64,000 nucleotides of DNA from Lama glama (taxonomy: Eukaryota): assembly GCA_028534125.1 (NCBI GenBank), contig CM052816.1, positions 34,040,001 to 34,104,000 on the forward strand, given 5' to 3'. Positions within the stretch are counted from its first letter, which is position 1, and each line of letters starts with the position of its first letter. The position numbers and the translations under genes were made by a program. Of the stretch, positions 52,365-64,000 are shown piece after piece. The notes beneath the pieces are model-generated. The model worked only from the letters and a program-made list of their open reading frames with translations, searched no databases and was not told the DNA's origin.

Positions 52365-52822
52365 ACCATTTCCCACCGATTTTAAGAAGCACATTTATTT
52401 TACATTTTAACACTTTGAAATTGGCATTTTCCCCATAATTGATGGGACTTTACAGTGGCCATCAGCCAAGCATGGTTGTCTGTGCCTGTACGTGCACAAA
52501 TTTGATCGTAACTCTTCACCACCAACCTATCTTCACTTACGTGCACTGTTGGCTCTGTACAAGTTTAGTTGCACTGCTAGTTAAAATGTCTTCAAGAAGA
52601 CTGCACTGTGATTTGGCACCAAAACAAGTAAGCTTGTGTGCAGGAAGACACAGGAAAATCACGGCAGCGCATAAACTGGATGTTAGTGAAACAAAGGTTC
52701 ATTATTGGAAGAACACCTACAACTTCATGTTCGTTTGCAAAGTAACAACAAGGTGAATTATGGATCTTAATAAAAAGATAGGTACAAGTAGATGAAGTTA
52801 GTGCAACATTTTGTTACCGAGT
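52365..52822 (+). mobile_element. Kanga2/MER104-like TcMar-Tc2 DNA transposon, 5' part with transposase N-terminal remnant
   Basis: Terminus 'ccatttcccaccgattttaagaagcacattt...acattttaacac'. Peptide MSSRRLHCDLAPKQVSLCAGRHRKITAAHKLDVSETKVHYWKN resembles the Brinker-type HTH of Tc2/pogo transposases. Confidence 0.75.
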
Positions 52823-52999
52823 TTATTGGTTAGCTATTGCTAAAATAATGTTGCATAACATCATCCCCAAACTCAGTGGTTTGAAACTAGTCTTTTGTCA
52901 TGTGCATGTAGCTGAAGGTCATCTGGGGTTCAGCTGGCCTATGTGAGTTATTTAAATGACTCAGTTTCTCATGTTTCTGCTCTACATGTTATACGATCA

Positions 53000-53950
53000 T
53001 ATCAAGGTTTATTTATCCATTCCCCTATTGATCATTTTGTGGGCAGATACTTTCATTTCTCCAGGTAGATAACTGGTATAATGTCTCGGTCACAGATAAA
53101 TGAAGGTTGGACTATACAAGGAAAACTCAAAGATTTTCCATAGTTGGTTAATCATTTTTACACCTACCCCAGTGATGTATGAGGATTCTATTTGCTCTAC
53201 GTCTTTACCAATACTTGGATGAACCAGTCATGCCGCCATCTTTTGGCTCGCAGTGTTTCTGAGGAGAAGTCATCCGTTATTCTTAGAGTTATTCCTTTGT
53301 ATATAATGTGTTTTTCCCTCTCTCCTTTAAGATTGTCTCTCTTTTTGGCTTTCAACAAGTTGACTATAATAATGCCTCGATACAGTTTTCTTTATTCTAC
53401 CTGGGGCACGATACTTGGAGTTTGTTAAGCTTTACAATCTGTAGACTGATATTTTTTGTTAAAATTTTAAAAATCTTAGCCACTATTGATAAAACATGTT
53501 TTCTGCCTCATTCTTTCATTTTTCTACTTTTGGGACTCCAAATGCATACTATTAGACAGCCTGATAATTCCCAGAAGTTACGAATGCTCTATTTATTTTT
53601 TCTACCTTTTTTCTTCACTGTTCCTTCAGTTAGAAATCTTCCATCTTTTAAGTTTAGTGAGTCTTTCTTCAATACTGTCCAACTTGCTTTAATGCCCATA
53701 CAATGACATTTTGTTTTCAGATATTATAAATTTCGATTTTAGAAATTTGATTCATTTTATTTTAGAATTTCCACTTCTCAAATCTTATTCATCTCTTTAA
53801 TCATTTTATTCATCTTTCCCTGTAAGTCTGTTAACATAGTTTTCATGTGTTAAGTTCTGAAACTTAATTCTAGTGTCTATTTATGTTGATGTTTTTCTCT
53901 TGGTAATGAGACATATTTTCCTACTTTATCACATACAATGTTTTTTTATA
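53000..53950 (-). mobile_element. Ancient L1M fragments (3' ORF2 piece and ORF1 piece)
   Basis: 'ttatccattcccctattgat', 'tgtttctgaggagaagtca', 'tctactttttgggactccaaatgca'-like antisense L1 phrases. Confidence 0.65.
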
Positions 53951-56334
53951 TTACGAATATTGCATATAAAATAACAATATAAAAATGTGCCAGAGGATGC
54001 AAATCACTGACCAGTTTGGCAGTTAAGGTGAGGGTGCTGGCATTTCAGAATCTTTGTAGAGTCAAACTGTACTGGTGCTACAGCACAGCTTTGGTGATGA
54101 TTGATCAGCCCTGCCCCTGTTTTTTCTGTGTCACCACTGCCTTTTTTTTACTGGCCCGTATGTGAGCTAGGAGAAGGTTGGGTTTCAATTTAAGATACTG
54201 TTGTTTCACTTTTGCATTGAACTTCAGCAGTCCTCTGGGATCTAAGTAACAAGAGAATATGGGATTTTTCTCTGCTTAATGGCCCCTCCGCCATGGCTGA
54301 TTTCATGGTAATATTTAAGTAGGGAAACTTATGTGATTGAGCAATCTATTTTTTGTTTGAACTCATTTAGGCTTAAATATATCTACCATCTCAGTATCAT
54401 CTAAACTCAGCCATTTTTGTTTTGCCCCTGAAGAGTTTCTTCTTCTACAGCAGGCCCAGATCTCCACCCACCCACGGGCAGACCGAGAACCAGCCCACGT
54501 GGAGAAGCTGCTACCCTGTCCAACTGGACAGCCCTGTCTTCCCTAGAATTCAGTTCATCAAGCCTCTGTGGCATCTAGTAGTCTTCATTATCCCCTTGGA
54601 AAATGATATTTACTTAATTCACTTTGTTGATGCTGTTCTTACTATGATTTAGAAGGATTTTGCTTTTTGTTATTCTCCATATAAACTGGAAGTAGAAGCC
54701 AATTAAATGTTCACCTTTGAACTTAAATTTGTATTCCCAGTTTTATATTATTCATAAAAGTTCCCCTGAACTGAATAAGCTCTACAGCTCACATGCTGAG
54801 ATCTCTCCTGAAAGAATTAAGACACTTCAGAATGCAATTTTTTTTAAATCAAGGAGAAATTAAGATAGACACAGATAAATCCGACATGGAATCTGCATCA
54901 GACATTGTTTCTCTCACTCCACCACCTTTCACCTCTCTACCACCTCCTATCCCTCTTGTTTCACTCAAGACACAGAAATAGAGACAAGGGGAGGGGGTCA
55001 TGACAAGACAGAGTAGAGTCAGAAAGCAAGGAAGGCACTCTGCCATGTTGGAGGCAAAGTATTTGGGAGGATAATAGAGAAAGAAAAACAATTTTGTGGT
55101 ATATTATAAGTTAAGCCTCTAGCAAATTCAGATGCTAAAATTAAATTCATGTATTAAAGTTTGCCGTGTTCTAGGTTTGAAATATAAAGATGGCAAGATG
55201 GTGGAGGGGTGAGGGAGGATTGGCGGCCCACAGGGAGTGCAGGAGATAGAGGTGGGGAGAGAAAGGCGAGGTTGTGCACAGAGTGCTGAATCAGAAGGAA
55301 ACCTCATGGAAAAATCCTTCACTTCGCCCACAAGCCACATCCCTGTTTGGGTTTGTACCTGATTCTTTACCTCTCCTCTCTCCCAGTCAGAGAATTTTCC
55401 TAAAGGTATAGCAGGGCCCTGATCAGCACCTTCCCTGTTCCCACACCTTCCCTCCTCACTCCCCTCTCCACACACGACTGAAAATCAGCTTAGAGATCTC
55501 TTCAGCCCTCCCTGACAGGCCCAAGCTGCACACTGAATATCTCCAGTTTACTGTTTTTCAAAGGCTTTTGAATTATATTAAGAAACAGGGGTTCCTAGAA
55601 CATACGAAATTCAACTCAGTTTTGAATGCATTAGCTCAAATCCCAATGTGTTCCTATTGTAATTCTTCCCTCTGGCATAAATAATTCCTCTGCTTTTAAC
55701 AAGTCTTTGTAGCAGGTCTGCAGCTCACAAGCTTTAGACATCCTCTGATATCAGTTTTAAATCTCCTGAGCTATGAATGGTCCCTGGCAGCTCTCTGCAA
55801 CGCAATCGTTTCAGCTTCTGACAATCTATGGATAGCTGAAGCTACACAGATCAAAATGAGAATATGGGGCATCCTCAGTTATCCCAGAAAATCCTGAGGG
55901 GAAAATGACTGCTCTATCTTCACGCCACTGTAGATTAGTAGCTTTTATCTAGCTGAGAGTGACGATAAAGAGGACCATTCACAATAGGGGAAAACTCTCA
56001 AAACTATTTTAACACTTAGATCTGTTTCTCTACCTTATGGTAGTCTAAGTAGACTTTCTAATTCTGCTCAAGGTGTAAGAGATTTATTACTTAAAATTTT
56101 CTCTGGTATTGAAATACAAAGACTGACCCCTCTCTATTTTCACAAGGGCCTCACAACCTTTGTAAGAAGTCGACAGTACGTGCCTTTATATTGATGAAGG
56201 CAATCTGTAGAGAATGTGTCAAAAGCACGAAATGAGTCATCTTATATTTCTTTATATCAAAGCACTGCAGAATTTAAAGATGTCAGAAGTGATCTGCTAG
56301 ATTACACTGAACAGATCCCATAGTGGGCTTCTCC

Positions 56335-56742
56335 TGTATTTTTGGCAACCATTCTCTTTTTCTTCTGGTCATAAGCCTTTGGATTTTCTTTTGCAAAATT
56401 ACCTTTCTCTTCTGTTTGTAGTTTTGGTGTAACTGTCAATCAGGGTACACTGACCTTCCTTTGGGACAAGTGTCATTCACTTAAGGCCATCTGGACATCT
56501 GAGCTTTGAGTCTTGAGTTAATGGATAGATGTGACTTGTCAGCAGCATGTTGATAAAACTGTCACTCACTCCTGTCACCCAACTCGCCTGACCTGTAACT
56601 GTTCCTACTCTGCCAAGGCCTGGTTCTCTTCAGTCCTCTTAGAAATTACAGTACCATCTCAGACCATTCTAATGCATTCCCTTTTAGTTAAGTTTTCCAG
56701 GCTTTGTTTGTGTTGTTTGCAACTAACGAAACCAACTCATAC
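56335..56742 (+). mobile_element. Old MaLR LTR (MLT1K/L-like)
   Basis: TG...CA ends and 3' motif 'attcccttttagttaag...tgtgttgtttgcaactaacgaaaccaactcataca'. Confidence 0.6.
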
Positions 56743-58689
56743 AACTGCACCAAGTGAGGGAGGTGGTAGGTAAATTTAAGAGTAATTAGCTACTCCATAG
56801 CAGGCCGCTGCTTTCCTGAGAGCACAAACATTATTTTATCATTGAGACTGAAGTACTGGAAGAGCTGTTTAGGTGGAGGTTTGGGTGGAGACTGCAGTAA
56901 GATGGAAACGATCTAGTGAGGAAGCAATCTCAAGCAGCACCTGCAGCCTTCCATGTGGAGAAAGTGATGGATTAGTAAGGCAAGTCTGGTGTCCTAAGTC
57001 CTGAAGGGCTCAGAACTGGGATTACAAACTGCAATATCGTAGGGGCTGAGCAACGATGCAAATGGCTGGGGCACCCGATACACCCTCGCTTCTGCCAAGA
57101 AATAAGCTAGCCCGCTCCTCTTCAGCTTTCCACCTCTCAGACAGACATGTGTCCAGAGACATGCTGTTGGACTCTTAAGGCAAACACCATGGCCAGTGCA
57201 GGGATGAGTGACAACTGAAACTCACCCTCCTTTTCAGGGAAGCAATAGGATCACAAAGACTCAGGGGCTGGAGAACGTATGCCCTTTACCTGAGGCAACA
57301 TTCCTGATTTCTTAAAAAGTAGTGAGAATTATTGCTGTTTCTCTTAAATGTATAGTCATCTGCTTATTATCTACTGGCAACTCATTTGATTTTAAAAAAC
57401 ATTGGGTCAGGCCAGGAAAACAAGTATGCATTCTGTTCCTGGGCTGTACTAGAAGCCGGGTTGTGATCATTGATAGAGATTCCAGGCATGTGAAACACTA
57501 ACTGTGCACAACATGTAGGCAAACAAAATAAACTCTAAGCTAGAGCAAGACAATACAGTAATGGAATAAATCCCCCGGGGGGTGGCTTGTGGATCCTACG
57601 GGGCTCAGCAAGAGATGGAGAAGAAGCAGAGAGAAAGGAAAACTCTTCTGGTGCTGACAGCTCTGGAGGGCGTTCTGAGGCACTTGGCTAGGCCAGACAA
57701 GTGAGTCTATACCTGGGTCAGTAAGTGGTTTGATCACCTCATTAGAGATATTAGAAACACATTTTTAAAGAGTAAATATTCATACTCCAAATTTATGAAG
57801 TTTATTCCTCCCAGAACTTGGAGTACCCGAAGCTGAGAAAAGAATGTTGTATCCATGTCAAACTGCTTTTAGATGACTGCATTTTACTACCCGGATTCCC
57901 TAGAAAAATGAACCACTGTTTTGCCACTGAGCATCTTCAAAGAAGAGAGTAAGACTGACATCACTGTTCAGATCCATTAGTCAAACTACAGTGGCTTTGG
58001 ACAGGTAGTTTCTAAAACATATCAGCCTCATTTGCACCCAACGGCAGCGACAGACTGGGCATTTTTCTACTGTGACACGAGTCTCCCAGACACTAAGGCA
58101 GAAGTGGTTTTTGACACACACCGCTTTTAGGAAAAGGACTGGAAGTGGGAGGTGAAATGACAGAGTAAATCCTGTACACTAATGATTACAGAGAAGAAGG
58201 AAACAATCCAGTCTTACTTGGGGGCCGATTAAAAGAATTGAGAAAACAAAATAATAGAGCACAAAATCAACTGTATGATAAAGAGTGATCTTCCCAAAAG
58301 ATACGCCACATAGGTCTAAGTGTTTCTAAGGAAGTAGATTCTGCTACTTCTTGGAAATTTTTATTCTAATCAATGCCACTACAGTATTTATTTGTTTAAA
58401 GCGGTTCATTTCTTGTACCTCAGGCATCCTGCGTGCCCATATTTAAAGTAAGCCTAATTAATCTAAATTCCGGAAATATACAACCTGAAAGTGGAAGAAT
58501 TTGCTCACTTGACTTTACTTCCTTGTTGATGCACTGAGCAGGATGTGTGTTTGATCTGTTTTTCATCATGATTAACCCTATGTTTCCAGGCTTCTATTAC
58601 CTAAGTGAAATATCCCAGCTCCGAGTAAATCTGATTTCTTATTAATACAGAAAAATAATATTTATGTGAGCATATCATGGTAGTGTGGC

Positions 58690-58900
58690 AGGTAACATGT
58701 TCATTGCTCATTTAAATTTTAACTCTCACATCAAAATGTCAGCTAAATCATGACATGTCACTTTTGCTTTTATATTTGAGAAAACTGAGATACAAAGATG
58801 TTAAATTATTGGTTTAATATTGCACATTTTATAGGTAGAACTGTCTGAATTTGATCTTAAGTTGGCTGATTACAAACTGTGCATTTTCCACTCACCTATG
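58690..58900 (-). mobile_element. MIR SINE
   Basis: 'ttatatttgagaaaactgagatacaaagatgttaaatt...ggtagaact'. Confidence 0.6.
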
Positions 58901-59039
58901 CTGACCTCAGGTGGAATGCGTGAGAGCTGACGGTTGAGTGGGGAATTGTTCTAAATATGACAGTCAACATTTAAACACATATGGTAGCACAGGACTAAGG
59001 AAGTCAAGTCATAGGCACATAAAACGATTTTCCCTTGTA

Positions 59040-59629
59040 AACTCCAGTTTGAAAAGATACATGCACCCCAATGTTCATAGCAGCACAATTTACAGTAGCC
59101 AAGACATGGAAGCAACCTAAGTGTCCATCCACAGATGACTGGATAAAGATGTGGTACACTTATACAATAGAATACTACTCTGCCATAAAAAGAATAAAAC
59201 AATGCCATTTGCAGCAACATGGATGGACCTAGAGATTGTCATTCTAAGCGAAGTAAGCCAGAAAAAGAAAAATACCATATGATACCACTCATATGTGGAA
59301 TCTGAAAGAAAAGAACACTAATGAACTTACCTACAAAACACAGACAGACTTGCACAGTGAACGATCTTATGGTTACTAGGGGAAAGGGGATGGGAAAGGA
59401 TAAACTTGGGAATTTGAGATTTACAAATGTTAGCCACTATATATAAAAATAGATTTTAAAAAGTTTCTTCTGTATAGCACAGGGAACTATGTTCAATAGC
59501 TTGTAATAACTTTTAATGGAAAAGAATATGAAAATGAATATATGTATGTATATGCATGACTGGGACATTGTGCAGTACACCAGAAACTGACATATTGCAA
59601 CTGACTGTACTTCAATTAAAAAAAAAAAA
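59040..59629 (+). mobile_element. 5'-truncated camelid-type L1 3' end with TSD
   Basis: L1 3' UTR plus poly(A). TSD gattttcccttgta (59026-59039) / gatttccctttgta (59630-59643), 12/14 identical. Confidence 0.92.
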
Positions 59630-62600
59630 GATTTCCCTTTGTAGAGGGCCATGCCAGGGACTTGAGGTCAGGATTATTTCTTGTGTGTGTTCCTGCTTCC
59701 TCACCAACAAAATACACAACTTAGTGGTTTTTACAGAAAGCCATCTGGTGAAGGTGCACTGAACAAATGTCAGTGTCACCGAATGTGGGGAGTTTGGGAA
59801 GAAGAGACTGACTCTCAGATCGGGCATGTGCACACAGTTCTGTAGTGGCTTTAGAATATCTAGAAAGGTCGTTGGGGGAGCCATCTGGTCAGAAAGGGCA
59901 ACCAGGGAATTTGTCTTGAGTCTGCACTTACTCAAAAAGAACACTATGTTTCATGTGTTGATATGGACTGATTTAGGGGCTGGTGGAAATGCTCCAGAGT
60001 CTGCTGTCCCACTCCAGTGACCTGTGAGGCAGAGGGAAGGGGGGAATCTGAGGAATGGGGGGAGGGGCGGACAGCTGCACGACAGCATGGGGCTGCCTTT
60101 CAGATGAGCAGGAACGCTTTCCGACGGATACTGGAAGAGGGATAAAGTGGGTGTTGAGATGGAAGTGGACATGGCCTGACAAGGCCTGGACACACAAGGG
60201 GCATTATCTTTGGGACGGCCTGAAGGAGGAGGCAGCGATGAAGCCATGGGTGGTTGGCTGTGAATATCAAACTGCTGGAGGGTGGTCTGCATTCCTGAGG
60301 CTGACAAGGACCGTTGTGCAGACGGATGGCCATCCTGTACAGCACAGAGAGAGTAATGCTCAAGAAAAGAGGCAAATAAAGGGAATTTTGGCAAAGCGTA
60401 AGTCAGTCCTGAGGGGATAAAGCAGTATCTGTGGGTAATATGTTGTTTTATTGCTCTAAGTGGGGTTGAGACAGAAGGGACTTAAGGTAACCTTTTCTCT
60501 TCTTCATGCCCCCTTATTTTCTTTACAAAATCTATCCTATTCCATCATAAACATTTTTCTTAAAGTCAGTCAGTAAAAATATTTTGGATTTTCTGTGACC
60601 TCATTGTCTCCCAAAAAGATCAAGCATATTTTCTGTAGGCTTTTTTTTTTTTAAAGCTTATTTTACCTAAGTTTTTAAACAGGTTTGGAGCAAAGTTAAC
60701 AAACAGGAGGTGAAATGCTCTGAAGGGGTATTCTCATTTGCATGTCACCATTGCTCATATTACAAGAACTCAGCTTTATCCCTTCCTCAGGAAGTATCTT
60801 TACTCCTGCTGACAACAGGATTAATGGCTGAGCGCAGAAGTGGTGTAGCGGTCCTGTAGTGGTCCTCCCTCTCTTTGTGCTGTGTAAGCTTTTTTTCCCC
60901 TGGATTAAATGGTGTGTTATTTAGGAGTCTTCATGACAGATCATGGAAGCTGCTAGATTAAGCAGAATGGGATTTATTAAAGGGTGCAGGTAGTTCACAG
61001 AATCCTTGGAGGGCTAAGGAAACAATCTTTAGCCTGAGCCTATGGAAATACAGCCCATGTTCACCCTGCGAGATGGGCGACAGAGACGCCGCTGCTCCTG
61101 CTACGCGGAGGCCTCTATCCCAGCTGCCAACACGGGAACCATGCAGCTTTTGCTCCTATTTTTATGACTGATTTATGCGTTTATTTATTCCTGGTCAGTG
61201 AAGTAGGTAGTTTATATCCTTGCTGTGTCCCCAAACAACACCCCAGTGACTATAGCTATTGCTCACTGGAGAACTTCTATGTATTGAGAAGAAATCTTAC
61301 ATTTAAAGGTCTAAAGAGAGATTAAGGAATTATTGCAGATTTCTTTAATGTAGCCATGTGGATACACAGATCTGGCCTTTTCAGTATCTGGACACATTCT
61401 GAGACTCACATCTTGTACGTTTTACAATCTCATTAAGCACAGAGCTCACAACCAAGCTTAACCGGGGGAACGGGTGTGGGGCATCAGGGCTCACGGACTG
61501 TGAAGCGGCCTGGACAGTTCTGTCCTGAGCAAGAAGCAAGGGAGGCTGTGGGCTCTGTGGCACCAGCTGTAGCTTCTGCTCACACCCTCACGCCTGCAGC
61601 TGTCCTGGCACCTACAGAACCTGCACGCAGCCCCTTCACGGACCTCTGAACTCTGTGACGCGAGGTCAGATGCTATTGTGCCAGAAAGGTGTCCGAAGCC
61701 AACACGTCAGTTTTATGTCATAATAATATGTAAATAAGGATCAAGAACAATACACATCCATTCCTTTTCAAGGGAGAATAAGACTTACTTTTAGAATTAG
61801 TTATTGTTTAATACAGTAAAATCCTTTTCTGAGAGACAAAGTCAAAATAATTAATATAAATTCAGAAGAAAAAGAACCTGTGAAACTTAATCCTGAAAAT
61901 GGTATTTGTTTCAGCCACTTAACCTCAGTATCATTAGCCTGAAAGAACAATTAATGACCTGTCTCAGACAGAAGCACAGAGATAACTTTGGTTTAAATAA
62001 AATACTCTATTTTTAACAAATCATATGTTTACAGAGGGATTCTTAAGGACTCAGAACACATGGTCTGTATCTTTAAGGAACTTGACCTCTTTGGAAGGAA
62101 ATAAGACTAACATACATGAAAATCTTAGCAAAGAGGGCAAGAAGTAAACTGTTTCATACTGTGAGAGCCAGAGCGATAAGCAAAAGGCAAAATGTGACAT
62201 TATAAGGCATATTCAGGTTGTAAATTAGAGTACAATTTATTGCATTCTGTTTCTTAAAGGCTAGCATTTTCTCTCTTAGGAAAGCATGTTCCCAACGGAG
62301 AGTCATTCAGAGAAGACTTACTGAATATTTAGGCTTTACACTCATGGTATGAATAAATTTCCAAGGTTGAAAAACAAGGGGTAGAAGGAAAGAGAGTTCA
62401 ATCACATATTACCCTTAGTGTGGCTGCCATCTTTATAATGACAGTATCAGTTCCCAGAAACCTCATCAAATATGTTCTTCAAGCAGGGACTTTGATCCCA
62501 AGTACCCTTTATATCCCTCCGTAAGTTTCTACCTGATGGACTGGTATCACAGGACTATTCAGCACATCTGAGCAAAGATACACAGTCCTTGTTCAAGGGG

Positions 62601-62860
62601 AATGCAAGTATAATACAGTTGCTTTTGCAGATGGGCACTCTTTTGGTTTATGTGTGTGTTCTTGCAAATTTTTGCCCATTAAGAAACATGAATTATACAA
62701 AAGAAAAACTGACATGACCTCTTGGTTATACAAAGTCATCTTTGCATTTTTCAAGTAATTTTTCACTAATGTAAATATTTCTTAATTTTCTATTTTCTTC
62801 ATTTTTCTTAAAAAGATGTCTCTATGTTCTATAAGGAAATGCTTATTCTGGTTTCATGGG

Positions 62861-63328
62861 TGCACTAGTGTCTTGCCGTTTTAACAAATTACAAAATTTT
62901 AGTGACACAAAACAATACAAATTTATTATCTTATACTGCTGGAAATGAGAAGTCCAAAATCAGTCTCAGGGGAATAGAATCACGTTGTTTGCTGGACTCC
63001 ATTCCTTCTGAAGCCCTGAGGGGAAAATCTGTTTTCTTGCCTTTTCTAGCTTCTATACATTCCTCGGGTCATGATCCTGCATCACTCCCACTGCTCCTTC
63101 TTTTAGCATATCTTCATTTCTCTAACTCTGACCATCCTCTCTCTTCCTCATAAAGACCCTTGTGATTCCACTGGGTCCACTTAGATAAGTTAGGATAATC
63201 TCCTCATCTTAAGAGCATTACTGTAATTTCATCTACCAGTTCCCTTTTGCCATGTAAGGAAACATATTCATTGGCTCCTGGAATTATGATAGGGACATCT
63301 TAAGGGGGACATTATTCAGCCTACAACA
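62861..63328 (-). mobile_element. MaLR solo LTR (MLT1C/D-like)
   Basis: 'gagaagtccaaaatcagtctcaggg', 'ttcttgccttttctagcttct', 'gggacattattcagcctacaaca'. Confidence 0.85.
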
Positions 63329-63548
63329 GTGGTAACCACCAACCATTTATGACCTTGGTCTTTTCTTGTAGAAGGTTATTAATATATTAGCAACTATTCT
63401 GACTTCAATTTTTCAGTGTCAGTGTAAGATCCATTTTTTTTTCTACAGAGCTTTGTTAGTAACTGTGTAAGGCAGCATTTCCTAGGATACACATGAGTGA
63501 GTGCCATCTTATCCTAGCAGTAGTTGGTGGATAAATAAAAGGGCGAGG

Positions 63549-64000
63549 TGAAATAAAAGCAAAAATAAACAAATGGGACCTAATTAAACTTAAAAGCTTT
63601 TGCATAGCAATGGAAATCGTAAACAAAATGGAAAGACAACCTACAGAGTGGGAGAAAATATTTGCAAATGATGTGACAAACAAGGGATTAATTTCCAAAC
63701 TATATAAACAGCTCATACAACTCAATAACAAAAAAGCAATCAACCCAATCAAAAAACGGGCAGAAGAGTTGAACAGCTATTTTTCCAAAGACATGCAAAC
63801 GGCCAACAGGCACCTGAAAATATGCTCAACATCACTAATTATTAGAGAAATGTACATCAAAACCATGATGAGGTATCACTTCACACCTGTCAGAATGGCC
63901 ATCATCAAAAAGTTTACAAATAACAAGTGTTGGTGAAGATGTGGGGAAAAGAGAAACCTCATACACTGTTGTTAGTAGGAATGTAAATTGGTACAGCCAC
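63549..64000 (+). mobile_element. 5'-truncated L1, ORF2 C-terminal region, running off the window
   Basis: Peptide [29 protein letters not shown]...[19 protein letters not shown] matches the L1 ORF2p C-terminus. Confidence 0.92.

Overview
Mammalian genomic DNA, most likely a camelid (camel or alpaca), judged from a tRNA-derived Vic-1-type SINE and artiodactyl-type L1 3' ends. It is a draft scaffold with one 500-N gap. The only protein-coding sequence I can support is the last two coding exons of TMEM232 on the + strand (29738-29831 and 32834-33040). They have canonical splice sites, compatible phases and a downstream AATAAA; the ORF track misses them in the correct frame. Bases 1-29.7 kb are the distal part of the preceding large intron, and 33.5-64 kb is downstream intergenic DNA. 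Much of the window is transposable-element derived: L1 of several ages, HAL1, L2, MIR, MaLR LTRs, MER20/MER103 and a Kanga2-type Tc2 transposon. I see no convincing new multi-gene system. The best oddities concern retrotransposon mechanics: a young, probably full-length L1 hidden in the gap inside a triple nest; a TSD-flanked but internally deleted L1; a scrambled L1 with an in-frame RT-EN fusion; and a poly(A)-only insertion. TMEM232 also shows a candidate cassette exon, a dispersed intronic duplication and a possible C-terminal extension. Repeat subfamily names and the TMEM232 identity come from recall of consensus or protein sequences, not from a search. Repeat boundaries are approximate unless TSDs are given.
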